Positions 1 through 15,202 of a stretch of 64,000 nt of DNA are shown piece after piece (within the stretch, counting starts at the first letter, position 1; each line of letters starts with the position of its first letter). This stretch comes from Eledone cirrhosa. Taxonomy: Eukaryota. The translations under genes were made by a program, and so were the position numbers. Under the pieces are notes generated by a model, which did no database searches, was not told the DNA's origin, and saw nothing but the letters and a program-made list of their open reading frames with translations. The DNA is taken from NCBI GenBank assembly GCA_964016885.1, contig OZ024743.1:306652001-306716000 (forward strand), read 5' to 3'.

Positions 1-2436
1 ATACTCATACTCATACTCATACACATACTCATACTGATACTCATACATATACTCATACTCATACTCATACTCATACACATACTCATACACATACACATAC
101 ACATACTCCTACTCATACTCATACACATACACAAACTCATACACATACTCATACACATACATATACTCCTACTCATACTCATACTCACACTCATTTACAT
201 ACTCATACACATACTAACACTCATTTACATACTCATAGTCATACACATACACATACTCATACACATACTCATACACATAGACATACTCATACACATACTC
301 ATACTCATACTCATACTCATACACATACTCACACTCATACACATACACATTCTCCTACTCCTACTCATACACATACTCATACACATACACATACACATAC
401 TCCTACTCATACACATACTCATACTCATACTCATACTCATACACATACTCATACACATACACATACTCATACTCATAGATATACTCATACACTAACACAT
501 ACTCATACTAAATACTCGTACACATACTTATACACATACACATACTCATACTCATACTCATACACATACACATACCCATACACCTACACATACTCATACA
601 CATACACATACACATACTCATACACATACTCATACTCATATACATACACATACTCCTACTCATACTCATACTCATACACATACTCATACTCTTACTCAGA
701 CACATACACATACACATACTCATACTCATACACATACACCTACTCATACTCATACTCATACACATACTCATACTCATACTCGTACACATACACATATACA
801 TACTCATACTCATAAACATACTCATACTCATGCTCATACCCATACTCATACTCACACACATACACATACTCACACTCATACACATACTCATACACATACT
901 CATACTCATACTCATACTCATACACATACTCATACACATATTCATACTCATACTCATACACATACTCGTACGCATACATATACTCCTACTCATACTCATA
1001 CTCATACACATACTCATACAGATACACATACTCCCACTCATACTCATACTCATACACATACACAAACTCATACACAAACTCATACTCATACACATACACA
1101 TACACATACTCATACACATACTCATACTCATGCACATACTCATACTCATACACATACTCATACACATACACATACACATACTCAAACCCCTACTCATACA
1201 CATACACATACTCATACACATACTCATACTCATACACATACACATACTCATACACATACTCATACACATACACATACACATACACATACTCCTACTCCTA
1301 CTCATACACATACTCATACTCATACACATACTCATACACATACTCATACACATACTCATACACATACTCATACACATACTCATACTCATACTCATATACA
1401 TACTCATACTCATGCACATACACCTACTCATACTCATACTCATACTCATAATCATACTGATACACATACACATACACATACTCATACTCATACTCATACA
1501 CATACACATACTCATACACATACTCATACACATACACATACTCATACAGATACTCATACTCATACTCATACACATACTCATACTCACACTCATACACATA
1601 CACATACTCATACTCCTACTCATACTCATAATCATACTGATACACATACACATACACATACTCCTACTCATACTCATACACATACTCATACTCATACACA
1701 TACTCATACTCATACTCATACTCATAATCATACTCAAACACATACACTAACACATAATCATACTCATACTCGTACACATACGCATACACATACACATACT
1801 CATACACATACTCATACACATACACATACCCATACAAATGCTCATGCTCATACTCATACACATACACATACTCATACTCATACTCATACACATACTCATA
1901 CTCATACTCAGTCACATACTTATACTCATACACATACACTTACTCATACTCATACTCATACACATACTCATACACATACTCATACACATACTCATACTCA
2001 TACACATACACATACTCCTACTCACACTCATACTCATACACATACTCATACTCATACTCGTACACATACACATACACATACTCATACTCATACACATACT
2101 CATACTCACACACATACACATACACATACTCACACTCATACACATACTCATACACATACACATACTCATACACATACTCATATTCATACTCATACTCAGA
2201 CTCATAATCATACTCATAATCATACGCATACTCATACACATACTCATACTCATACTCATACTCATACACATACTTATACACATACACATATTCATACACA
2301 TACTCATACTCATACTCATACTCATATACATACTCACACTCATACACATACACATACTCCTACTCCTACTCATACACATACGCATACTCATACACATACT
2401 CATACTCATACTCATACTCATACTCATACACATACT

Positions 2437-2468
<32 letters not shown>

Positions 2469-4253
2469 TACTCAAACTCAAACTCATACTCATACACATA
2501 CTCATACACATACACATACACATACTCCTACTCCTACTCATACACATACACATACTCATACTCATAGACATACTCATACTTATACTCATACTCATACACA
2601 TACATATACACATACTCCTACTCATACTCATACACATACTCATACTCATACACATACACATACTCATGCTCATACTCATACTCCTAATCATACTCATACA
2701 CTAACACATACTCATACTAAATACTCGTACACATACACATACTCCTACTCCTACTCACACACATACACATACCCATGCACATACACATACTCATACACAT
2801 ACACATACCCATACACATACACATACTCATACTCATACACATACACATACTCATACACATACTCATACTCATACACATACTCATACTCTTACTCAGACAC
2901 ATACACATACACATACTCATACTCATACACATACTCATACTCATACACATAAACCTACTCATACTCATACTCATACACATACTCATACTCATACTCGTAC
3001 ACATACACATACACATACTCATACTCATAAACATACTCATACTCATACTCATACTCATACCCATACTCATACTCACACACATAGACATACTCATACACAT
3101 ACTCATGCTCATACACATACACATACTCCTACTGATACTCATACTCATACACATACTCATACTCTTACTCAGACACATACACATACACATACTCATACTC
3201 ATACACATACTCATACTCATACACATACACCTACTCATACTCATACTCATACACATACTCATACTCATACTCGTACACATACACATACCCATACTCATAC
3301 TCATAAACATACTCATACTCATACCCATACACATACTCACACTCATACACATACTCATACACATACTGATACTCATACTCATACACATACTCATACTCAT
3401 ACTCATACTCATACACATACTCATACTCATACACATACACATACTCATACTCATACTCATACACATACACATACTCATACTCATATTCATACTCACGCAC
3501 ATACTCATACTCATACTCATACACATACACATACTCATACTCATACTCATACACATACAGATACTCATACTCATACACATACTCATACTCACACTCGTAC
3601 TCATACACATACTCATACTAATACTCAAACACATACTCATACACATACTCATACTCATACTCATACAGATACACATACTCATACTCATACTCAGACTCAT
3701 ACTCATACACATACTCATACTCATACTCAAACACATACTCATACACATACTCATACTCATACTCATACTCATACTCATACTCATACAGATACTCATACAC
3801 ATACTCATACTCATACTCATACACTTACAGATACTCATACTCATACAAATACTCATACTCATACTCATACACATACTCATACTCATACACATACTCATAC
3901 ACATACTGATACTCATACACATACTCATACACATACTCATACACATACTCATACTCATACACATACTCATACACATACTCATACTCATACACATACTCAT
4001 ACTCACACTCATACTCATACATATACTCATACTCATACTCAAACACATACTCCTACACATACTCATACTCATACTCATACTCATACAGATACTCATACAC
4101 ATACACATACTCATACTCATACACATACTCATACTCATACTCATACACATACTAATACTCATACACATACACATACTCATACACATACTCATACTCATAC
4201 TCAAACACATACTCATACACATACTCATACTCATACTCATACTCATACTCATA
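1..4253. repeat. Large mixed hexamer satellite (CATACT/CATACA)n, at least 4.2 kb, running off the window start
   Basis: Continuous CATACT/CATACA units with scattered variants; accounts for all MS/MC, LI/HI and YE/YV ORFs here. Confidence 0.97.
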
Positions 4254-4784
4254 CAAGCACACAACTACCACCACCACCACACATATACGCATATATATGT
4301 GTACGTTGGTATGTGTATACGTGTGCATGTGTACGTGTGTGTGTATGTCTGTATGTGTACGTGTGTGTGTGTTTGTTTGTGTACTTATGTGTGTGTGTGT
4401 GTATGTGCATGTGTGTGTGTGCATTATTAAAGACACGACTATGTTCAAGTTTTAACATTCTAATACGTTATTCCTATGTCTTGGAGAGTCTCGTGTTCAG
4501 GTTTAGCTTATTTTACTGCCATTGTTGTAGACAAAGGTAGTTTATTAAACATTCATTGCTATAATTTATGTTAGCTTTACGCCGACCTTTGTAGTCTGAG
4601 GTTTCATAGTCACACGAAACATCATCAGTCACGTGTTTATTTTCTTTATGACGTGTATATGTTGTTTTTCTGTTTGTTTTGTTTTGTTTTTGTTGTTTTG
4701 GGTGGGGGGTGGGTCACCGTTTCCCCAATTTATAGTCTACATTTGTGTGGAATTATGTATATTATGGACATATTGAAGGTGCTT

Positions 4785-5270
4785 AGATTAGTTGTTAGGT
4801 AGTAGGACTAACAATCATGAGGTTGTGAGTTCGATTCTTGGACCGGGTGAACAAGACAGTTTATTTTATGTTACTCTCGCTTACTCAACTGTAGAAATTA
4901 GTTGTGATGTCACTGATGTTAAGTTGTATCAGCCCATGCCTTTCCCTTGGACAACATCATATATAGAATATATAGAATGTCTATATATATTGTAACGCCT
5001 CTGGTGCCAAACTGTATTGACCTTTGCCTTTCCCTTGGACAACATCATATATAGAGTATATATAGTGCCTATATATGATGTGACGTCACTGGTGCCAAAC
5101 TGTATTGGCCTTTGTCTTTCCTTTGGGCAACATGGGTGGCGTGAAGAAGGGAGACTGGTATGTATAGGTGACTGTTGGTCTTCTACATAAACAACCTTGC
5201 CCAGGCTTGTGTCTCGACGGGGAACGTTCTTGGTGTATATCCCATAGTAATTCGCGACCGCAGGGAGTCT
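4785..5270 (+). mobile_element. Degenerate tRNA-derived SINE with an internal duplication
   Basis: B-box-like GAGTTCGATTC near 4827; tail similar to the SINE pieces inside the tRNA-Gly repeat units; duplicated CCTTTCCCTTGGACAACATCAT block. Confidence 0.55.
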
Positions 5271-5293
5271 TTATCTTTTATTGTCCGTTAGAC

Positions 5294-5516
5294 CATTGTT
5301 TCCCAGCCTGTTCTTTTCTTTTTTTTTACCCATTTTTTGGTGTTAAAAATATTTCAGGCTCACATAAACACAAATAGAAATTCTCTATAACAGGAAATAC
5401 ACTTTATTTACAAAAGCAAAATATAGTAGAAAATATAAATCTTGACAACTCCAGGCCCATTTAAAAAACTTCTCAGGCCCACCTGTAAGCCTAAGAGCCC
5501 ATGTTGAGAATCAGTG
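5294..5516. mobile_element. Possible old hAT (Charlie-like) MITE
   Basis: Imperfect TIRs CATTGTTTCCCAGC / GTTGAGAATCAGTG; target-site duplication degenerate. Confidence 0.35.
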
Positions 5517-5689
5517 CATTATATTACCCAGCTGCGTTTTATGGTATTTGGTGTAGTGTGTTGCAACTGATTTTTGTTGTAAATGCTGCATGTTAATCTT
5601 ACCAGAGTGTGTTACCAGCTTGACAATGTCCTTACATAATCAATATAACAGTTGGAATCATGAAGTTTACAACTTTTTTTTATATAATA

Positions 5690-6062
5690 CTAGACTACCC
5701 GTGACCCGTTGTGTCACGGGTAGTCTAATAATATACATATAGAGAAAAGGTTATAATATATAGAAAGAGAGAGGTTATAGTGTATATATAGAGAGGGTTA
5801 TAATATATAGAAAAAGAGGGGGTTGTCATATATAGAGAGAGGGTTATTGGTTATTACATAACTATTCGTTTATTTATGAAGGACCCGGAAAAAACCCGTA
5901 TCTCGGGAACCCGTGCTCCGATTTTCGCGAAACTTCTTTTATTCCATTTGTATTCCCCTTTTAGAGGCAACTTCCTTTCAAAGTATTTTCCCATTATGCG
6001 CCGTTTGGGCTGTATTACATTACAGACAAGCACATAATCATAGAGTTTTAGTAGTATATAGA
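5690..6062 (-). mobile_element. Non-autonomous Helitron
   Basis: Minus strand begins A|TC (6062) and ends CTAG|T (5690), with a subterminal GC hairpin CCCGTGAC-ccgttgt-GTCACGGG (5698-5720). Confidence 0.7.
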
Positions 6063-6094
6063 TATCACATTAGGTATTCATAGTTTAAATTTAA

Positions 6095-6342
6095 CATAAG
6101 GGATTAGATTCCCTAGCAGGGATTAGAAACCTTTCAAATCTGAAGAATTATGTAGCTGACATGAGGGATCAGATTCTTTTGCAGGGTTTGGAAACCTTTT
6201 CCATCGGAAGAACTATATAGCTGACATGAGGGATCACATTCTCTTGCAGGGCTGGAGACCGTTTCCATCTGAAGAACTATGTAGCTGACATGAGGGATCA
6301 CATTCTCTTGCAGGGGTTGGAAACCTTTTCAATCTGAAGAAA
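6095..6342. repeat. Minisatellite, about 64-65 bp unit, about 3.7 copies
   Basis: GCTGACATGAGGGATCA recurs at 6155, 6220 and 6284. Confidence 0.9.
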
Positions 6343-7100
6343 TCCTTTTCGGGTGAAAAAAATTAATAACTTGTGCTACCGCATAGTTTATTAGAAACGA
6401 AAATTCATACAAGAAAACAAATTCTTTCTGCCTTCGAATCTTCTCTGAAATTACTTTAAACGTCCAGAAAATATGTTGTGGCGCTTATTTTAATACAGAA
6501 TTGTAATTTAATAAAACAGACTTTTATTTTGTAAATTTCAAACCGCGTAAGAGCTCCTCGAGATAAGCTAACGTGTCGCAGGCACCCCAGGCACCACAGG
6601 TTCTCGAACTGTGTTCTATAGTAAAAAGAGCACAGGTATGGTTGGATGGTTACTTCGAAACCATGATGTTCAATCTCACTGTGTGGCATTTGGGTGTCTT
6701 TACCATTAACCTCGGATTGATAAAAGCTAATGCGTAGGATACTTGTAATTAAAAAGACCAACATTCCCACTGCATATTGTGCCACGCTCCTTATTATACC
6801 TTACAATTACGTTAAGAGTAGGTGTGTTTCAGGAATACTCAACCACTCACACGTTAATTCATAAGTTAAACGTTTAGTTGAACGAAATACACAATGTTCG
6901 CCGTCGCGACAGACGGAGGACCCATCATCATAGCAATAGAATACATAGGAACGGACAAAATAAAATAATAACCACGAGTGAAATATTTCAGAGATGATAT
7001 TTTATTAGTTATATATTCTTCAGTTATCACCTTATTCACATAATGATATTGTTATATATTATAGTAATGTAGAATTTATATTTATACATGTATAAACACA

Positions 7101-7149
<49 letters not shown>

Positions 7150-7264
7150 TAAATAATGTTCAAATGTCCAAATGTTCAAGAAATATAATAATATTTTTTT
7201 ATTATTAATATTGTGGAACATACCAACGAAAAGGTAATCGGCAGCATATATATACATACATATA

Positions 7265-7322
<58 letters not shown>

Positions 7323-7471
7323 AGATTGTTATTTACATATATATACCGTTATATACATGTACACAAATATACGTGTCTTTACGTATATATACAATTTTAT
7401 ATGCGTCTTTCTCTTATGAATATACATCCACACACCCACGCACGCGCGCGCGCACATACACACACACACAT

Positions 7472-7520
<49 letters not shown>

Positions 7521-7570
7521 TTCTATTTAACTCCTTTTGGCTCACCAAGTGGGTATCAAGTGAAATATCT

Positions 7571-7601
<31 letters not shown>

Positions 7602-7628
7602 GATTTACATATACATAAACTAGACAGA

Positions 7629-7716
<88 letters not shown>

Positions 7717-7785
7717 TGGCAACCATTCACGGTGTGGCTCAATGACGAATTAATTAATTAAATAATCAACAATCAGAGCAATATA

Positions 7786-8443
<658 letters not shown>

Positions 8444-8815
8444 CAAGTATTAACAATTGTTTCATTGATCAGGTGAGTCTAAAAGCCGCATATATATATT
8501 CTCTTTTACTTCTTTTCTGCTTTCAGCCATTATACCCTGGGATTACTCTGGTCATACTCTGGCACTGCCTTGAATTAAAGGATCATATCAACCCAATATA
8601 TATTGTTTCAATTCTGGTACATATTTTATCGGCCCCTCTTCCCAAAGCCACATCTTAGCAATGTATGTTGTGCAATCGTTTCAACTATTAATTGCAAACT
8701 AGAGTAAGCGGGAGCAATGTTTGCTTTTCTGTTATGAAAGACTAAACCAACCGCTTCACGATTGCAAATGTAGACGAAATAATAAAAGACTTAAATATAA
8801 ATGTGACACTCTCTC

Positions 8816-8892
<77 letters not shown>

Positions 8893-8909
8893 TACGCACT
8901 CATGGTCGT

Positions 8910-8943
<34 letters not shown>

Positions 8944-9026
8944 GTATATATATATATATGTATATATATATGTATATATATATGTATATGTATATATATA
9001 TATATGTATATATATATATGTGTGTG

Positions 9027-9107
<81 letters not shown>

Positions 9108-9142
9108 ATTTAAAAGAATAGAGGTGTAACACACAAGTTATG

Positions 9143-9518
9143 ATATATTGGTAAACGGAAAAGAAAATGCTGACAAATTGTTCACAGTGAAAAATAGTTT
9201 AATTAGGAATAAGTGAGAATTAGTAATAGTATTGGTTAGTATTCAGTTTTGGTTTTAAGTTTTACCGGTTGCGTATTTCTAATGCTTTTCAAAAATAATT
9301 TTGAGATAGAGCGTCCGTGATGTTTGCTCTAATCTGATTAGAGCAAACATCACGGACGCTCTATCTCAAAATTGTTTTTGAAAAGCATTAGAAATACGCA
9401 ACCGGTAAAACTTAAAACCAAAACTGAATACTAACCAATACTATTACTAATTCTCACTTATTCCTAATTAAACTATTTTTCACTGTGAACAATTTGTCAG
9501 CATTTTCTTTTCCGTTTA

Positions 9519-9527
<9 letters not shown>
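9143..9527. repeat. Near-perfect 385 bp palindrome centred at 9335
   Basis: Arms read as reverse complements up to AATC-T-GATT at the centre; one mismatch seen. Confidence 0.95.
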
Positions 9528-9559
<32 letters not shown>

Positions 9560-9742
9560 TAGTATATATATATATATATATTTTAAAAAAAATTGAGGTG
9601 TGACACACGAGTTGTGATATATTAGTAAAAAGGAAAAGAAAATGGTGACAAATTTTTCCCAGTGAAAAATAGTTAAATTAGAAATAAATATAAATTATTA
9701 TATTTTTTTTTTTTTAAATAGAGGTGTGACACACGAGTTGTA

Positions 9743-9899
9743 ATATATTAGTAAAAAGGAAAAGAAAATGGTGACAAATTTTTCCCAGTGAAAAATAGTT
9801 AAATTAGAAATAAATATAAATTATTACTAATTTATACTTATTCCTAATTAAACTATTTTTCACTGGGAAAAATTTGTCACCATTTTCTTTTCCTTTTTA

Positions 9900-9908
<9 letters not shown>
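9743..9908. repeat. Shorter fold-back of the same family as 9143-9527; a further non-folded copy lies at about 9585-9700
   Basis: Shared start GAGGTGT(G/A)ACACAC(G/A)AGTT...GGAAAAGAAAATG; fold-back centre at about 9826. Confidence 0.9.
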
Positions 9909-9988
<80 letters not shown>

Positions 9989-10170
9989 ACATATTTACAT
10001 AACACACATATATATATATAAATAGAGAGTCCTGAAATCATCAGATGATTTTATATGCCTGAAAAAGTTCTAGTCCTGTAGAAGCCATTTTCTATATTAA
10101 ATAACGATGTCCACACTCTACTAATGTATTGAGTACCCTTTTTTTACTGTGGTTTTCCCCGACTTAACTT

Positions 10171-10214
<44 letters not shown>

Positions 10215-10217
<3 letters not shown>

Positions 10218-10393
10218 GTTTCTATTTTGGCACAAGGCCAGCAAATACCCAGTACATTACTGGTACTTTATTTTATCGACCCCGTAAGGATGAAATGCAA
10301 AGTTAACCTCGGCGGGATTTGAACTCAGGCCATAAAGGGCCGTAACTCTTTGCTGCAAAGCATGGCGTCCGACCCTCTACCGATACTGCCAAT
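10215..10393 (-). mobile_element. Abundant tRNA-derived SINE (Meta-domain-like core), family A
   Basis: On the minus strand: TTGGCAGTATCGGTAGAG (A-box), GAGTTCAAATCC (B-box) and core TTTCATCCTTACGGGGTCGATAAAATAAAGTACCAG. Confidence 0.85.
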
Positions 10394-10396
10394 AAG

Positions 10397-10771
10397 TAGG
10401 AACGAGGTGTCAGAGAATCATCATTAAGTATATTCAGGTGTGATGCGCGTTTCACGATTGATCAGCTCAAGTCTCGATCTGTATCGATCGGGTTCGACTC
10501 TGGAATCAATAGCTCTACAGATTCTCGGGCTCGTTAATGATGGGAGATATTCACGTACAGCTTAAAAAAGCCAGTTCTCAATAGATGAGAAATTGGTATT
10601 TTTTAAGCTGTATGCGAATATCTCCCATCATTAACGAGCCCGAGATTCTGTTGAGCTATTGATTCCAGAATCGAGCTCGATCGATACAGATCGAACCTTG
10701 AGCTGATCAATCTTGAAACGTATGTCACCCCTAAATAAACTTAATAATGATACTTTGACACCTCGTTCCTA
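10397..10771. repeat. Imperfect 375 bp palindrome; each arm carries the 3' half of a hammerhead
   Basis: TAGGAACGAGGTGTCA ... TGACACCTCGTTCCTA; GAAACGTATGTC at about 10715-10726 on + and GAAACGCGCATC on -. Confidence 0.88.
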
Positions 10772-11136
10772 TATATTATTAATATTTGGTTCTACTTTTG
10801 GCACAAGGCCAGCATTTATCCCAGTGTATTACTGGTACTTTATTTTATCGACTCCTATTACACTCTGCGTATGAAGGAAACCTACCATAGTATAACATCA
10901 AATGTATAACATCCCGTACTATACTTAAATGGACCCAACAACGCATTGCGCGCTCAAATTAGGGAACCAACAGTAACATAAGGTTACTGTACATTCAGCT
11001 ATATATATATGTGTGTGTGTGGGGGGGGGGGGGGGTGCGTGTGTGTGCGCGCGCGCGCGTGTGTGTGTATGCAAACGCAAACAGAAATAACAAAGCAAAC
11101 GACACTGTAATGAAGAAATATATTATAAGTTTTATG

Positions 11137-11176
<40 letters not shown>

Positions 11177-11179
<3 letters not shown>

Positions 11180-11630
11180 TATGTATGTATGTATACGTAC
11201 ATACATATATGTATACAGACGTACAGTAGTATGTATATATAAACATACATGCACACATATATATATATGCACGTATCGGTTTACCGACTAAACTCACTCG
11301 ATATGCAAATTAGGCTGCTCAGCCGTTAATATGCATAAGGAAAGTATATACCTTCAGACGTTCAACCATCTGGCAGGAAGGTATACGATGCTGACGATAG
11401 CTAATAAGCATGAAACTAGTACATCGTTCCTGTGTCAGTGTTGAACAAAAAGGTGACGTGGTTGCCTAAACACTGTGCGACGTAATTCGGGCTGTTTGTT
11501 TGTTTACAAACAAACCGAACATTATAATAAATGTTCAGTAAACCGATACGTGCATATATATATGTGTGCATGTATATATATACATACTACTGTACGTCTG
11601 TATACATATATGTATGTACATGTACATACT
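11177..11630. repeat. Inverted repeat enclosing a hammerhead-containing spacer
   Basis: TATATGCACGTATCGGTTTAC and GTAAACCGATACGTGCATATA, plus mirrored CAGACGTACAGTAGTATG blocks. Confidence 0.85.
11385..11427 (+). ncRNA. Minimal type-I hammerhead ribozyme
   Basis: Stem I ACGATG/CATCGT; core CTGACGA; stem II GCT-AATA-AGC; GAAA; palindromic CTAG stem III; GUA cleavage triplet. Confidence 0.85.
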
Positions 11631-11784
11631 TACATTTATTAAGTGCCGTACAAGAGTGAGAAATGAAATTTCGTTTCATTCTATTCCATTTATATATATA
11701 TATAATAAGAGGTTGACGGGAGTAGCATAAGTTTTCCTTGCTAGTACCGGTTGCATCTCAGCGTACGTATAGAGGTAAGGTTAT

Positions 11785-11852
<68 letters not shown>

Positions 11853-11886
11853 TATATACTTCTCTATTTTTCTCATTCTCTCTGTT

Positions 11887-11930
<44 letters not shown>

Positions 11931-12706
11931 TATGTACATACAAACATACACACAGATAGATAGATTTAACAAAATTAAGGCTAAGATTTTAATATAAAAC
12001 ATACGAAACATTTATATTTTAAGTTCTAATTTCAGAACTTTTTATTTATTTATTTATTTATTGCATAGTTTACATAGTGATCTTTAATCCGGTATCTGCC
12101 TTTTAATCCGGCGTGTGCCTCATTTAAATTTAGATGTTGTATCATATAATGACATCGTGATGACTGATGATTACTGACGATTGGCAGAATAATTAGAGTT
12201 TTAGAGGAATAAATTCCGCCGAGGTAATTTTACTTTTCACTCTTCAGGGGTTATAATATAAAATACCAGTAATATACCAGGGGCGTTCTCGTTGATTTTC
12301 CCCTCCACCAAACACAAACAAAAAAATTGTTGGCCTTGTGCCTAAATTAGAAACAATTATATTTGGTCTCGTTTATATTTGAAGTCGTTTTAGGGTTGGT
12401 ATTTTGTGACATAATAATATTGGACCATCTTTCTTCTAATTTAACAAAAACGTTCATTAGAGTAGGTTGCTCTAGAATGCCTGGATTCAGCAGATCTATG
12501 ATTAGAGACGTTCCAGCCGTGACAGTTCTGTCGTTTTGCATATCAGAAAGCTATAATATTTATTAATATGGTAGTCTCTGAGATGAGATTTGGCTGCTAT
12601 TTCTAGCAGGAAGAGATACCGCATAAAGGCTCACGTGTTAACCCAGTCTTTCTGTTTGGTTTTTCACAATAAATATAGAAGGTTAGGGTTAGGGGTTAGA
12701 GTGAAG

Positions 12707-12857
12707 CAGGGCCTATGAGAGTGGAGTCCAGTCGGTACTTTGTTACGGAGCCCAAGAGCTAAGAAGGCCGCACAGCAAGTATGCAACATCCATTTTGAGA
12801 AACATGGGCCCCAAAGGGGTCTTCTACCACCTTGCAAAATTTCTCCTGGGGGCCCTG
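12707..12857. mobile_element. hAT-type MITE, 151 bp
   Basis: TIRs CAGGGCC/GGCCCTG flanked by a perfect 8 bp target-site duplication GAGTGAAG (12699-12706 and 12858-12865). Confidence 0.85.
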
Positions 12858-14643
12858 GAGTGAAGTATTTGATGTGAACGCTGTAAAAGAAGTGGTTACT
12901 CTAATCAATAAACATTCTTCACAGACTTGCACTATTTAATCTTGTTATTTGGGGTCAAAAGGATCTCGGCTTCCTACATAGTTTTTCTTCTTTGTTGTTT
13001 GTTGTTGTTTTTACACGTCAGGACTGGTAGAAGGAGCATTGCTTATAGCCTTCACAGGTCCTCTATGAACGAAGGGATTGATTCCGTTGGTGTTTTGTTT
13101 AAATTATTGCAGGACCTTTCCTTTGGGAAATATCTGAGCAGGTGCAGGGAGTTGCTGATGTTCTCGACTGGAAAGACTGACTATAGTGGTCATTGCAGGG
13201 TATGGATAGGGGTTAAAGTTGTACATTACATGGTTAATAAAAGATGTTATGAGTTAGTTGGGAGTATTTGAGGGATTATATCAACAAACATCTTAATTAT
13301 GGAAATGATCAGTTTCCTATCCGGCGGGGTTATTACAATCTGGGATTTTTCCAATAGAGTCGTCATTTGGAAAGGACTTCGACTTCATATATAATATGTA
13401 GAATTGGTGGAGTGGTGAGAACGTTTATGAGAAGGTTTCGGCGTATTTGTTTCAGCTCTGTGCTTTAAGTTCAAATCCCGCCATGGTCAGCTTTGACTTT
13501 CATCATTTCGAGGTCTATAAATAAAGTACCAGTCAACTACTGGGTCGATCCTACCTCCCTTCCTTTATTTCTCCCTCTCTCTCTCTCTCTTGATCCTTCA
13601 CTCTCCCTCTCTCATTCAATCTCCCCCCCCCCTCTCTCTCTACGTCACTCTCTGTCTCCTTGCGTTTTCTTCTTTTTCTCGGGAAATAATCGGGATGTGA
13701 TCAGAGCTGGCGAGGCATGGGCTCCGCAGGGATTAAAATGCCTAAAACGCGCCATGTATCACAATGGAAACCCTAACCCGATCCATAAGAAGTTCAGGGC
13801 CATGGATGGATGAATATATGGATGGGGGTAACTTAAATAGAAGGAGGTAAGATGTCTCTTACAATCATGAATCAAACAACGTTTTAGGAAGCTTATAAGA
13901 TATAGAAGTCTTACAGACAGGGACTTCAACAATACGTCATTCTAATATACAAAGATTTGAACACTTCAAAAATTGTTAGAAGGAAAAATATACAGGTTTG
14001 TGTTGCCAGTAGAAGTGGCTAGCAAGAAAATCAAGCGTTTGTTCCAATATCGCTGACAACCCAATTTAACAGAGAGGTGGGACTTGGTCTGTAGGTTCCT
14101 TCGTCTCTTGGTACCTGTTATACCCGTGGGCTGCTTTTTTGTATTTGTGAGCTGTTTGGTTTATTGGTAAATATTGGTCCGTTTGAATCTTTGGTAAAAG
14201 ATGCTCATTAGCTGATTATATATATGTATATGTGTGTGTGCGTGTGTATGTGTATACATATACACACACAAATATATGTGTATGTGTTTATGTGTGTATA
14301 TGTTTGTATGTGTTTGTATGTGTCTATACATGTGTATGTGCGCATATATAAATATATATATATATATATATAATATATATATATAATATATATATATGTA
14401 TATATATATGTATATATATATATGTGTATATATATATACACATATATATAGCGATGTATGTATAGGTGTATGCATGTATATGAGTGTATGTGTATATATG
14501 TATGTGTAAATGTGTGCATGTACGTGTGCACTTGAATAACACACACACGCACACGTACACGTACACGTACACGTACACGTACACTAGCACAGCCACAAAT
14601 TATTAGTCTCTTCAGTGAAAAATTTCAAATAGATGTGACAATG

Positions 14644-14822
14644 TCAGTGTAGGTGATGGTTCGTGTCAATATGGCGTCGTAAGTCTACCTTACGCTGGAA
14701 CGAACGTCCGCACCGTTCACAGGAAAACGGTTTATAACCCGTATGTTTCCGACTGTGGGTGATAAGGTTAGATGACTGACTGAAGGCTTTGCCGCACACC
14801 AAGCACTTGTGAGGCTTCTCAC
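14644..14822 (-). CDS. sens/GFI1: Gfi1/senseless-like zinc-finger gene, last coding exon (two C2H2 fingers and stop)
   Basis: [50 protein letters not shown] matches Gfi1 fingers 5-6; acceptor ttgtag|GT at 14823/14822 is phase 1 and matches the upstream donor; TGA at 14644-14646. Confidence 0.93.
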
Positions 14823-14896
14823 CTACAACGAAAAAAGAAAAAAAAGTATGATTAGAGAACATTTTCAGAAAGGTTTCGACAAAATTATATTTTTAG

Positions 14897-15093
14897 CAGA
14901 CCTGCCAACCCCTCAAAACCCAAACGGGAAGTACTGTGAATAGAAGTGCCCCCAAACGGGAAGAAATGAGGCAAAAATGGGGAGATTTTACATAGTGAAA
15001 GATATACCTATTTTCAAAAGGGGAGATATCTCTCACCCACCCCAAAGAGGATGGGAGATCCCCCCGTCGGACGGAGTTGAGTCGACAGGTCTG
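14897..15093. mobile_element. MITE with CAGACCTG termini
   Basis: CAGACCTGCCAAC ... GTCGACAGGTCTG flanked by the direct repeat TTTTAG. Confidence 0.6.
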
Positions 15094-15202
15094 TTTTAGT
15101 CAAGTATTGGAGTTGATTTAATCGACTCATACTCCTCACAGAAAATTGTAGTAATTACGGAGGGGGTGGTGTTCGAAAGATAAAAATGTATGAGAAAGTA
15201 TA

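Noticed and set aside
225-4540. Long ORFs (up to 551 aa) of MS/MC, LI/HI and YE/YV dipeptides
   Set aside because: Translation of a stop-free hexamer satellite, open in several frames on both strands.
12681-12700. Telomeric TTAGGG-like repeats
   Set aside because: Only about three imperfect units; not meaningful.
12927-13330. Non-repetitive stretch possibly from a decayed retroelement ORF (similarly 30780-31230 and 45240-45600)
   Set aside because: No recognisable motif in any frame by eye.
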